A stretch of 32,000 nucleotides of DNA from Candidatus Saccharimonadota bacterium (GCA_041942055.1 CP145874.1:90001-122000), one strand, 5' to 3'. Positions 1 through 10,781 are shown, counted from the stretch's first letter. Notes: a model not told the origin generated them from the letters alone. Translations and numbers: made by a program.

Positions 1-201
1 TTGATACCAAGCACGTACTAAATCAAATTCATCTGTAGCAGGATAAGTATACCGATTAGCATTATATATTCCTTCTCCATAAAAAATCAAATCTAATTGA
101 GGATTAATACTAGAACTAATAATTTTTTGAGCAAATAAATAAGCAGTACGTGCATTTTGTGTTCCATAAGCAGGACCGGTAACAAATAAAACTAACTGCA
201 T
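1..201 (-). CDS. tusD: Sulfurtransferase TusD (DsrE family), N-terminal 67 codons; the rest lies beyond the window edge
   Basis: Absent from the ORF track because it is partial. My translation of the minus strand from ATG (complement of 199-201) gives [67 protein letters not shown]. The frame stays open to position 1. It matches recalled E. coli TusD N-terminal motifs ([29 protein letters not shown]). Confidence 0.8.
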   Translation of the reverse strand, partial: MQLVLFVTGPAYGTQNARTAYLFAQKIISSSINPQLDLIFYGEGIYNANRYTYPATDEFDLVRAWYQ

Positions 202-242
202 TATATACTTCCTAAAATTCGCTTGAATTTAATATATCTTAT

Positions 243-263
243 TTGACATATTTCCTATGTCAA
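243..263. promoter_or_regulatory. Perfect 8-bp inverted repeat TTGACATA-N5-TATGTCAA in the tusD/lpdA divergent intergenic region; the left arm doubles as a -35-like TTGACA, with TATAAA 15 nt downstream
   Basis: Read directly: ttgacata tttcc tatgtcaa at 243-263, and tataaa at 264-269. The function (operator and/or lpdA promoter) is inferred only. Confidence 0.3.
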
Positions 264-380
264 TATAAAAGAATAATTTATGTTTAGTACAATAAAAAAT
301 TATACACTTTTAAATTAATTCTATAGTCAAACAATTATTTGAGTTGATTTTTTTTTAATCTATGCAAAAGGAATATACAT

Positions 381-1811
381 ATGGCTATAAAACATTTAAG
401 AACTGAAGTTCTAATTATTGGTGCAGGCCCTTCAGGATATTCAGCAGCTTTTAGATGTGCTGACTTAGGATTACAAACATATTTAGTAGAATCTAAAGAT
501 TTATTGGGTGGAGTATGTCTTAATGAAGGATGTATTCCTTCTAAAACTTTACTAGATATTAGTAAATTGATTAATCAAACCAAAAAAATGACTCAAAAAG
601 GAATTTTTTCACAAATTCCTAATCTCAATATCAATGAAGTATGTAATTGGAAACAAAAAGTGGTTAATAAAATAGCAGGGGGATTAGCAATAATGGCTAA
701 ACATCGTAAAGTTCCTGTCATTCAAGGAAGAGCAGAATTTATTAATTCACATACAATAACTGTTCAGCAAGATAGTAGTATTTTGGCAAAAATTACATTT
801 GATAATGTTATTATTGCTACCGGTTCACGTCCAATCGACATTCCATTAAGTTATCAGAAAGATAAGAGAATATGGAATTCGACAACAGCTTTATCAGTTC
901 CATTTATTCCTTCAAAACTTCTAATTATTGGCGGAGGTATTATAGGATTAGAAATGGCTACTATTTATCACTCATTTGGATCACAAATTGATATAATTGA
1001 ATTGTATGATCAGCTGATTCCAGGATTAGATAAAGATCTAATTGAATTTTTTACTAAAATCATAACAAATCAATTTAATTTAAGATTAAATACTAAAGTT
1101 ATTGATATAAAATCTCAAAAAGATGGTATTGAAGTTATCATTCAAGGTAAAAATACTTCTTCAGAATCCAAACTTTATGATGCAGTTTTAATTGCTATTG
1201 GAAGAAAACCGAATACTGATTTAATTAATCTAAAAGCAATTGGTGTAGAAGTGAATGAGAGAGGATTTATTATTGTTAATGAACAAATGCGTTCTAACGT
1301 GCATCATATTTATGCAATTGGAGATATTGTTGGTCAACCTATGTTAGCGCATAAAGGTATGCACGAAGGACATATAGCAGCAGAAGTTATTGCTGGAAAA
1401 AAACATTACTTTGATCCTCACGTTATACCATATATAGCTTATACAGATCCTGAGATAGCTTGGATAGGTACTAGCGAAAAAGAAGCCAATCTAAAAAAAA
1501 TAAAATATGAAGTTGGAATTTACCCTTGGTCAGCATCTGGACGTGCTATGGTATCTGATAATTCTAATGGAATAACTAAATTAATTAGTAACAAATCTAA
1601 TAACCTTATTATAGGAGGAGGAATTGTAGGTCATAATTGCAGTGAAATACTTGGTGAAATAGCATTAGCAATTGAAATGCAATGTAATATTGAAGATATT
1701 GCTCTTACTATTCATGCACATCCAACTTTATATGAATCTATTGGTCTTAGCGCTCAAATAATGCTAGGAACAGTTACTGATTTATTGAATAAAAACAAAA
1801 AACATTCTTAA
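381..1811 (+). CDS. lpdA: Dihydrolipoyl dehydrogenase (E3 component of 2-oxoacid dehydrogenase complexes)
   Basis: 476 aa, collinear with E. coli Lpd (474 aa). FAD motif GAGPSGYSAAFRCADLG, redox-active disulfide GGVCLNEGCIPSK, NAD motif GGGIIGLEM, C-terminal HAHPTL. AAGGA lies 9 nt upstream of the ATG. Confidence 0.96.
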   Translation: MAIKHLRTEVLIIGAGPSGYSAAFRCADLGLQTYLVESKDLLGGVCLNEGCIPSKTLLDISKLINQTKKMTQKGIFSQIPNLNINEVCNWKQKVVNKIAGGLAIMAKHRKVPVIQGRAEFINSHTITVQQDSSILAKITFDNVIIATGSRPIDIPLSYQKDKRIWNSTTALSVPFIPSKLLIIGGGIIGLEMATIYHSFGSQIDIIELYDQLIPGLDKDLIEFFTKIITNQFNLRLNTKVIDIKSQKDGIEVIIQGKNTSSESKLYDAVLIAIGRKPNTDLINLKAIGVEVNERGFIIVNEQMRSNVHHIYAIGDIVGQPMLAHKGMHEGHIAAEVIAGKKHYFDPHVIPYIAYTDPEIAWIGTSEKEANLKKIKYEVGIYPWSASGRAMVSDNSNGITKLISNKSNNLIIGGGIVGHNCSEILGEIALAIEMQCNIEDIALTIHAHPTLYESIGLSAQIMLGTVTDLLNKNKKHS

Positions 1812-1911
1812 TAAGTCAGTTATTATTACTTAACACTAGATTTAAAATAAATTAATAAGTACATTATTATATTAATAATATATTTTTAGACTGTTATAAA
1901 GATAGTCTTTT

Positions 1912-2445
1912 ATGAAGAAAAAAAATATTCTTAAAGTGGTATTAACTTACAAGACGATTCAACATCGTATGAAAATTATCGCAGAATCTATATCAAAATA
2001 TTATCAAAATAGCAGTAATAAGTTAGTCATTATTGGATTATTACGAGGCTCATTTATTTTTATAGCTGATTTATGCAGAGAAATTACTATTGCACATCAG
2101 ATTGATTTTATGCATGTTTCAAGTTATGCTAATGACATTTTTTCAGATCATAAAATAAAGATTATTAAAGACTTAGAATTAGATATTAGAGGAAAACATG
2201 CTTTATTAGTCGATGATATTATTGATTCAGGTTATTCTTTAAAAAAAATATATGAATTTCTGATTTTTAAAAATCCTAAATCCTTATTAATTTGTGCTTT
2301 ATTAGACAAACCAACATGTCGACTAGTTAATATTGAAGCTAGTTGGATAGGTTTTACTATAAGTAATGACTTTGTTGTAGGTTATGGTATGGATTATGCA
2401 CAAAATTATCGTCATCTTCCTTATATTGGAAAATTAATCTTGTGA
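1912..2445 (+). CDS. hpt: Hypoxanthine phosphoribosyltransferase
   Basis: 177 aa versus E. coli Hpt at 178 aa. Matching motifs: GLLRGSF.F.ADLCRE, PRPP loop LLVDDIIDSGYSL, C-terminal VVGYGMDYAQNYRHLPYIGK. Confidence 0.94.
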   Translation: MKKKNILKVVLTYKTIQHRMKIIAESISKYYQNSSNKLVIIGLLRGSFIFIADLCREITIAHQIDFMHVSSYANDIFSDHKIKIIKDLELDIRGKHALLVDDIIDSGYSLKKIYEFLIFKNPKSLLICALLDKPTCRLVNIEASWIGFTISNDFVVGYGMDYAQNYRHLPYIGKLIL

Positions 2446-3380
2446 TAACCAATAATTTTAATTATGCACTTGAAATAACAAAGCTTATAAAAGTATATAA
2501 TGATATTTATGCTTTAAAAGAGATTAACTTACAGGTTGCAACAGGAGATTTTTATGCTTTATTAGGGCCAAATGGAGCCGGTAAAACTACTCTTATTGGT
2601 ATCATAACTTCTTTAGTTAATAAAACTACTGGAAAAATTAAGATTTTTGGATACGATTTACAATCTAATCCAATTAAAGCAAAAAGTATACTGGGTTTAG
2701 TACCACAAGAATTTAATTTTAATCCCTTTGAGACAGTCTTACAAATTATAACTAATCAAGCGGGTTATTATGGAATAAATCAATCTGAAGCAATAAAAAG
2801 AGCTGAAAAATATCTAAATCAATTAGATTTATGGAATAATCGTTATCAACAAGCTCGAATGCTTTCAGGAGGTATGAAACGTCGTCTTATGATTGCTAGA
2901 GCATTAATACATTCCCCTAAATTACTTATTTTAGATGAGCCAAGTGCTGGTGTAGATATTCAGTTACGTATTATAATTTGGAATTTTTTAAAGAAATTAA
3001 ACCATAATGGTACAACTATTATTTTAACTACTCATTACTTAGAAGAAGCTGAAACATTATGTCGTAATATAGGTATTCTTCAAAAAGGAATCTTAATAGA
3101 AAATACCTCTATGAAAAACTTATTGTCTAAATTACAAACCGAAACTTTTATTCTAGATTTAGATAAAAATAGCCCTATACCAAAATTAATTGGATATCAA
3201 TCTAGATTTATAGATAAGTATACATTAGAAGTTGAGATCTATCGAAATCAAGGAATAAATGATATTTTTACTCAATTAAATCATCAAAATGTGAAAGTCT
3301 TAAGTATACGTAATAAAGCCAATAGATTAGAAACTTTATTTGTAAAATTAATTAAGGAAGATAAAGAGGTCAACAAATGA
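2442..3380 (+). CDS. yadG: ABC transporter ATP-binding protein YadG (ABC-2 exporter type)
   Basis: 312 aa, collinear with E. coli YadG. Walker A GPNGAGKTT, signature LSGGMKRRL, Walker B LLILDEP. GTG start at 2442 overlaps the hpt TGA (GTGA). No in-frame ATG lies nearby. Confidence 0.9.
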   Translation: MITNNFNYALEITKLIKVYNDIYALKEINLQVATGDFYALLGPNGAGKTTLIGIITSLVNKTTGKIKIFGYDLQSNPIKAKSILGLVPQEFNFNPFETVLQIITNQAGYYGINQSEAIKRAEKYLNQLDLWNNRYQQARMLSGGMKRRLMIARALIHSPKLLILDEPSAGVDIQLRIIIWNFLKKLNHNGTTIILTTHYLEEAETLCRNIGILQKGILIENTSMKNLLSKLQTETFILDLDKNSPIPKLIGYQSRFIDKYTLEVEIYRNQGINDIFTQLNHQNVKVLSIRNKANRLETLFVKLIKEDKEVNK

Positions 3381-4147
3381 TTTTACCATATTGGATAGCT
3401 TTAAAAAGTATATGGAATAAAGAAATTCATCGATTTACGAGAATTTGGATCCAGACATTAATGCCACCAGTAATTACAATGACCTTATATTTTTTTATTT
3501 TTGGTAATCTTATTGGTTCACAAATTCATCAAATACATGGTTTCAATTATATTCAATTTATTGTTCCCGGCATTATTATGATGGCTGTAATATCTAACTC
3601 TTATAGTAATGTAGCTTCATCTTTTTTCAGTGCTAAATTTCAACGTAGTATTGAAGAATTATTAATAGCACCCATACCAATACATGTTATTATTATAGGA
3701 TATATAGGTGGAGGAGTAGCACGTGGAATTTGTGTAGGTATTTTAGTAACTTTAATATCTATGTTATTTGTTCCTTTACAGGTGTATTCTTGGATGATAA
3801 TCCTATCAATTTTACTTTTAACAGTAATTTTATTTTCTCTAGCTGGATTACTAAATGCTTTATTTGCGAAAACTTTTGATGATATCAATTTAATACCTAC
3901 TCTTATAATAACTCCATTAAGTTATTTAGGTGGAGTTTTTTACTCTATAAATCTTCTACCACCTTTGTGGAAAAATTTTTCTAGATTGAATCCGATTGTA
4001 TATATGATTAGTGGTTTTCGGTTAGGATTCCTTGGAATTCAAGACGTATCTATTTTATTTACAGTAGTAGTACTTATTATTATGATAATACTATTTTACA
4101 TACTGATATGGAAATTAATTCAACAAGGTTATGGATTAAAAAATTAA
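3377..4147 (+). CDS. yadH: ABC-2 type transporter permease YadH
   Basis: 256 aa, near-collinear with E. coli YadH (KSIW.KEIHRF.RIW.QTL.PPVITMTLYF.IFGNLIGS ... NPIVYMISGFR.GFLG). The ATG overlaps the yadG stop (ATGA). Confidence 0.92.
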   Translation: MILPYWIALKSIWNKEIHRFTRIWIQTLMPPVITMTLYFFIFGNLIGSQIHQIHGFNYIQFIVPGIIMMAVISNSYSNVASSFFSAKFQRSIEELLIAPIPIHVIIIGYIGGGVARGICVGILVTLISMLFVPLQVYSWMIILSILLLTVILFSLAGLLNALFAKTFDDINLIPTLIITPLSYLGGVFYSINLLPPLWKNFSRLNPIVYMISGFRLGFLGIQDVSILFTVVVLIIMIILFYILIWKLIQQGYGLKN

Positions 4148-4158
4148 TTACATATATT

Positions 4159-4599
4159 TTAACGTGAAATGATTTGTTTTTCACGAAATTCGGATAAAGT
4201 TTTACAATCAATACAAAGATTAGCTATAGGTTGAGCTTCGAGACGACGGATACCTATTTCTATGCCACAGGTTTCGCAATAACCAAAAATTCCTTCATCT
4301 ATTTTTCTTAATGTTTGTTCAATTTTTTGAATTAACTTTCTTTCTCGATCTTTAGTACGTAATTTTAGATTAAATTCTTCTTCCTGAACCGCTCTATCAA
4401 CTGGATCTGGAAAATTAATGGACTCATTATCTATCATATTAGAATCGGTTTCTTCATGAAGTTGATTACACCATGCCTGTAAAATTTTTTTAAAATGGTT
4501 GAGTTGATTTTTATTCATATATTGTTCACCACGTTTTTCGGGATATGGTTGAACTCCAGCAGTAGCAAGAAGACTTAAAGAGTTTTTTTTGTTTGGCAT
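4159..4599 (-). CDS. dksA: RNA polymerase-binding transcription factor DksA
   Basis: 146 aa. Conserved coiled-coil tip [13 protein letters not shown] and C4 zinc finger CE.CG...C.DC, as in E. coli DksA (151 aa). Confidence 0.96.
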   Translation of the reverse strand: MPNKKNSLSLLATAGVQPYPEKRGEQYMNKNQLNHFKKILQAWCNQLHEETDSNMIDNESINFPDPVDRAVQEEEFNLKLRTKDRERKLIQKIEQTLRKIDEGIFGYCETCGIEIGIRRLEAQPIANLCIDCKTLSEFREKQIISR

Positions 4600-5541
4600 G
4601 TAATTAATTTATCTCCTAAAAAATGAATCTGAAAAAATTATCGGTTGCAGCAATTTATTATTAATTTACATAATTTTTAACAAATAAATCAATATTCTTA
4701 ATTTGAGAAATTCATAAAATTCTGCTAAATTATATATATATAAACTTAATAACTTTAGGTCAACATGAAATCTCATACAAACAAAACATGAATTTCATTA
4801 ACTGATTATTAATATTAAATAGTAATTCTGTAATAAATACTAATTAATCTATTTGGGATTAGCACTAATACTTGCTCATATATCTTAATAGAACTATCTG
4901 TAATTCACTTTAGTATATAGTAGTATTATATATTTTTTTTGCTAAAATAAGTATAATTGGTAAGTTTATTGCAAAAAATAATACCATTTAAATTTTTCAT
5001 CGTCCATTTCCTAATAGCTTTGAGTAAAAAATATTTTTCTGTTCATGTATGTTTAAAACCAGGAATTTTAATTAAATAGAATGGACAAAAGTTATCCGTG
5101 CTGAGTATTGATCGTCTTTTACTCACTATAAAATGCTCATTTAAATAATCGTGAACAACGTTTATTTACTCCTCTCAACGAATTTTCAGATATGTTAAGA
5201 TCTATTATTTTCTTGCTATTGCTACTACTGAAGATAAACAATTTTATTATAATAATACTGATATTAGTTAGTATTTATGATGCTAAAAAAAACTTTTTTT
5301 TAGCTAATATTATAGCGGATAAAAATCCTTGGAGTTAGGAAAAGATAATAATGATTCAACCGAACTTTATAGTACTTTAATTTTATATCAACTTTATTTA
5401 AAATATATAATGCCATTTTTATTATCTCAACCCAAAATCGTCATATAATTTAAATGGCAATAAAAATTAATAATTAGGTCCCATTGCTATATGGAATAAT
5501 AAGCACGATAAAATTTGTAGTAACTAAATAATTGTAATGAT
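4600..5541. other. 942-bp gene-free, very AT-rich spacer; probable deletion scar or pseudogene debris plus the dksA and erpA promoters
   Basis: The supplied track has no ORF here (its shortest entry is 60 aa). I could find no tRNA-like or GC-rich structured segment by eye. It sits where E. coli carries sfsA-thpR-hrpB-mrcB-fhuACDB-hemL-clcA. Confidence 0.6.
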
Positions 5542-5874
5542 ATGAAAAATTCAATAGAACTCACAGATTCTGCAGTAAAAAAAATCAAATCTTTAATATC
5601 TCAAAAAAAAGATCTTAATTTTAAACTACGTGTTTATATTACCGGAGGAGGTTGCAGTGGTTTTCAATATGGATTTATATTAGATGATCATATTTATCCA
5701 GGTGATTTTATAATGGAAAAATTAGATGTCAAATTAGTTATAGATGCCATGAGTTTTCAATATTTAATTGGAAGTTGTATTGATTATGTAGAAAAAATTG
5801 AAGGATCTCGTTTTATGGTCAAGAATCCTAATGCAAAAACGACATGTAGTTGTGGTGCTTCATTTACTACATAA
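5542..5874 (+). CDS. erpA: Iron-sulfur cluster insertion protein ErpA (A-type carrier)
   Basis: 110 aa. [17 protein letters not shown] and C-terminal [14 protein letters not shown] match E. coli ErpA (114 aa), including the three cluster-ligand cysteines. Confidence 0.94.
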   Translation: MKNSIELTDSAVKKIKSLISQKKDLNFKLRVYITGGGCSGFQYGFILDDHIYPGDFIMEKLDVKLVIDAMSFQYLIGSCIDYVEKIEGSRFMVKNPNAKTTCSCGASFTT

Positions 5875-5933
5875 TATAAGGTGATCATTGATTAACAAAT
5901 ACAATTTATTAATTCACGAGGATTAATTACCTA

Positions 5934-7154
5934 ATGAAAAAATATTTAATTTTTAGTGCTATATTAATAGGATTATTTTTGATAAAAATTCCCTGTATAA
6001 TAGCAAAAAATTTCCTTAGTTCTTCAACTACTAATTATCTTCCTAGTCTAGCTCCCATAGTAAGTAAGGTTATGCCAACTGTAGTTAGTATTAGTGCAGA
6101 AGGATCTTGTACTACTCAGTCTACTCAGATTCAACCTGAGTTCCGCGAATTTTTCAATGATGAAATATGTAATTTGGTATGGAGGAAGGATTTACCTTTT
6201 TGTGAAACTAAATCCAAGAAAAATTCTTTTACGTCTTTAGGTACAGGTGTAATTATAAATGCTCGTAAAGGTTATGTTATTACTAACTATCATCTAATTA
6301 ACCATACACATGATATTATAGCACAATTAAATGATGGACGTCGATATCATGCAAAGATGATTGGTAAAGATGAATTTATAGATCTTGCAGTTCTTAAACT
6401 GCAAAAATTTAAAAATTTAACGGAAATTAAGTTTGCTGATTCTAATAAAATTAGGGTAGGAGATTATTCGATAGCTATTGGAAATGCTCATGGATTAGGA
6501 CAAACTGTGACGTCAGGAATCATTTCTGCTTTAGGAATAACTGGAGTACCACAAGTAAATTATGATGACATTCCATCTGGAATATATTTTCAAACAGATA
6601 CACCAATGACGACGGGAAATTCTGGAGGTCCTTTAATCAATCTTAATGGAGAATTAATGGGTATTAATACTGCAAAATTTTATGGAGTTCTCTCTGATCC
6701 GCTTCAGGTATCTAAAACTGCTGCTGTTGCATTAGTTATCCCAGCTAATATTGCTAAAAAATTATCCGATGAAATCATAAAATCTGGAGATATAAAAAGA
6801 GGAACATTAGGAATTATAGGAACTGAATTAAATTCCGAGTTGTTAGTAAAAGTTCTAAACCAACCTTTACATCATGGTATCTTAATTAAGAGAGTCATGC
6901 CAAAATCTTCTGCTGCAATATCAGGAATGAAATCAGGAGATATAATTATTTCCTTAAATGGAAAAGCAGTTTTTAGTTATAATTTTTTAAAATATCAAAT
7001 TGCTACTTTACCAGTAGGAACTAAATTATCTATTAGTTTATGGAGAGATGGAAAAATAATGAACGTAACAGTTATCTCACAACCTTATCTCAATGAAGAT
7101 AAGGTGGATAATAATAAAGATAGTTTTCCATGTAATTTTACTTCAGACTACTAA
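5934..7154 (+). CDS. degP: Periplasmic serine endoprotease DegP/HtrA, short form with a single PDZ domain
   Basis: 406 aa. N-terminal signal-like segment MKKYLIFSAILIGLFLIKIPCIIA. Catalytic triad contexts TNYHLI (His), IDLAVLKL (Asp), GNSGGPLINLNGEL (Ser). DegP-type Cys pair in the LA-loop region (EICN...PFCE). One PDZ (GTLGIIGTELNSE...SAAISGMKSGDIIISLNGK). The protein ends about where PDZ2 starts in E. coli DegP (474 aa). Its position after erpA matches E. coli synteny. Confidence 0.85.
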   Translation: MKKYLIFSAILIGLFLIKIPCIIAKNFLSSSTTNYLPSLAPIVSKVMPTVVSISAEGSCTTQSTQIQPEFREFFNDEICNLVWRKDLPFCETKSKKNSFTSLGTGVIINARKGYVITNYHLINHTHDIIAQLNDGRRYHAKMIGKDEFIDLAVLKLQKFKNLTEIKFADSNKIRVGDYSIAIGNAHGLGQTVTSGIISALGITGVPQVNYDDIPSGIYFQTDTPMTTGNSGGPLINLNGELMGINTAKFYGVLSDPLQVSKTAAVALVIPANIAKKLSDEIIKSGDIKRGTLGIIGTELNSELLVKVLNQPLHHGILIKRVMPKSSAAISGMKSGDIIISLNGKAVFSYNFLKYQIATLPVGTKLSISLWRDGKIMNVTVISQPYLNEDKVDNNKDSFPCNFTSDY

Positions 7155-7193
7155 GTTTTTAAAAGATAATTAAGTTATCTTAATATCAAAATT

Positions 7194-8600
7194 TTATTTA
7201 ATCTTATTATAGGATAATAAGTTATTTAACGATAATAATTGATCTAATTCGTTTTCTGATAAGAAACCTTGTTCTAATATAACTTGTTTTATAGTTTTAC
7301 CAGTTTTTATACAAGTTCTACCGATTAAATCACTTTTATCATGACCCAAATAAGGATTTAAATAGGTTAGAATTCCAATAGAATTAAATACATATGATTC
7401 ACAAACTGATTTATTCGCTGTTATACCCTTGACACATTTTTCTAAGAGAGAAAGACAGGCGTGTTTTAAAAGATTTATAGATTCAAAAATAGATTGACTA
7501 ATGATTGGTTCCATAACATTTAATTGTAATTGTCCTGCTTCAGCTGCAAGAGTAACACAAATGTCATTACCTATTACTTTAAAACAAATTTGATTCACTA
7601 ATTCTGGAATGACTGGATTAACTTTGGCTGGCATAATAGAAGATCCTGCTTGTAATGCAGGGAGATTAATTTCATTAAATCCCGCTCGTGGACCAGATGA
7701 TAATAATCTTAAATCATTACAAATTTTAGATAGTTTAACTGCTAAACGTTTTAATACTCCATGAATCATTACATATACACCACAATCAGAAGTAGCTTCA
7801 ATTAAATCTTCAGAAGGTACAAAAGGTAGTTGAGTAATTTCAGCTAATTTTTTCACAGCTAACTCCTGATAAGCATTTGGAGTATTAATTCCAGTCCCTA
7901 TTGCTGTAGCCCCTAGATTTACTTCTAACAACAAGTCGCTATTTTTTACGATATTTTTTACTTCTTCATTAAGTAATACTTGAAAAGCATTAAATTCTTG
8001 TCCTAATGTCATTGGTACAGCATCTTGTAATTGTGTTCGACCCATTTTTACTATATTTTTAAATTCTATGGCTTTGATTTTGAATCCTTCCTGTAGTTCT
8101 ATTAAATTTTTCATAAGCTTTTGTACTAACATATAAACTGTAATTCTAATAGCAGTAGGATAAGTATCATTAGTAGATTGGCATTTATTTACATGATCAT
8201 TAGGATGAATATACTGATATTCACCTTTTTGATATCCCATACTTTCAAGTGCAATGTTTGCCAATACTTCATTAATATTCATATTTACCGAAGTCCCTGC
8301 TCCTCCTTGATATACGTCTATTGGAAATTGATCTCTATATTTTCCTTGATTTATAAGATCACAAGCTTGAATAATTGCATCCGCAATAGTATCAGGTAAG
8401 ACTTTCAGTTCTTTATTAGCCAAAGTTGCCGCTTTTTTTACTGTAACCATAGAATTAATAAATTCTGGGATATCACTAATTTTATTAGTACTAATCCTAA
8501 AATTTTCTAGTGCACGAATAGTATGTATACCATAATAAACATTGGATGGAATGTCTCGACATCCTAATAGATCTTCTTCTTTGCGGGTATTTATTGTCAT
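7194..8600 (-). CDS. aspA: Aspartate ammonia-lyase (aspartase)
   Basis: 468 aa, collinear with E. coli AspA (478 aa). Matching motifs: [31 protein letters not shown], signature [11 protein letters not shown]. Adjacent and divergent to groES, as in E. coli. Confidence 0.96.
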   Translation of the reverse strand: MTINTRKEEDLLGCRDIPSNVYYGIHTIRALENFRISTNKISDIPEFINSMVTVKKAATLANKELKVLPDTIADAIIQACDLINQGKYRDQFPIDVYQGGAGTSVNMNINEVLANIALESMGYQKGEYQYIHPNDHVNKCQSTNDTYPTAIRITVYMLVQKLMKNLIELQEGFKIKAIEFKNIVKMGRTQLQDAVPMTLGQEFNAFQVLLNEEVKNIVKNSDLLLEVNLGATAIGTGINTPNAYQELAVKKLAEITQLPFVPSEDLIEATSDCGVYVMIHGVLKRLAVKLSKICNDLRLLSSGPRAGFNEINLPALQAGSSIMPAKVNPVIPELVNQICFKVIGNDICVTLAAEAGQLQLNVMEPIISQSIFESINLLKHACLSLLEKCVKGITANKSVCESYVFNSIGILTYLNPYLGHDKSDLIGRTCIKTGKTIKQVILEQGFLSENELDQLLSLNNLLSYNKIK

Positions 8601-8696
8601 GCTAACCTTATGAATGAATCAAAGATTGATTAAATTGTTTTACTATATACTAAATTATAAATTGATTGATAATATTTTTAAAAAATATTATTTGTT

Positions 8697-8728
8697 CCCC
8701 TTGAAGAAAAAATATTTATCCCCATCTA
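8697..8728 (+). promoter_or_regulatory. Sigma-32 (RpoH) heat-shock promoter of groESL
   Basis: CCCCTTGAAG (8697-8706), 13-nt spacer, CCCCATCTA (8720-8728). This matches the sigma-32 consensus CTTGAAA-N13/14-CCCCATNT and resembles the recalled E. coli groE promoter CCCCCTTGAA...CCCCATTT. It lies about 80 nt upstream of the groES ATG. Confidence 0.78.
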
Positions 8729-8738
8729 TTAAGAGTAA

Positions 8739-8763
8739 ACCGGAATTTAATTATTGATCCGGT
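8739..8763 (+). promoter_or_regulatory. GC-rich hairpin (ACCGGA-N13-TCCGGT) near the predicted 5' end of the groESL transcript
   Basis: Inverted repeat read directly at 8739-8744 and 8758-8763, just downstream of the sigma-32 -10 element. The role (mRNA stability or translation control) is inferred. Confidence 0.3.
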
Positions 8764-8808
8764 ATTTAATTTCCACCAATGATGGGACTTCTCAAAGGAG
8801 ATCTATTA

Positions 8809-10781
<1,973 letters not shown>

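Noticed and set aside
1871-1911. Weak hairpin AGACT(G)-N-(T)AGTCT followed by TTTT just before the hpt ATG; possible lpdA terminator
   Set aside because: The stem is only 5-6 bp, includes a wobble pair, has an 11-nt loop, and directly overlaps the hpt translation-initiation region. It is not convincing.
5282-5304. GCT-A8-C-T8-AGC palindrome inside the long spacer
   Set aside because: It is a homopolymer-driven, low-complexity palindrome with a 1-nt centre. It has no GC stem, so it is not a credible terminator, and it lies inside the candidate 48-codon ORF.
8779-8808. 10-codon N-terminal extension of groES in the ORF track ([10 protein letters not shown])
   Set aside because: The SD AAAGGAG lies inside the extension, correctly spaced for ATG 8809. 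The 97-aa product from 8809 matches the E. coli GroES length and N-terminus.
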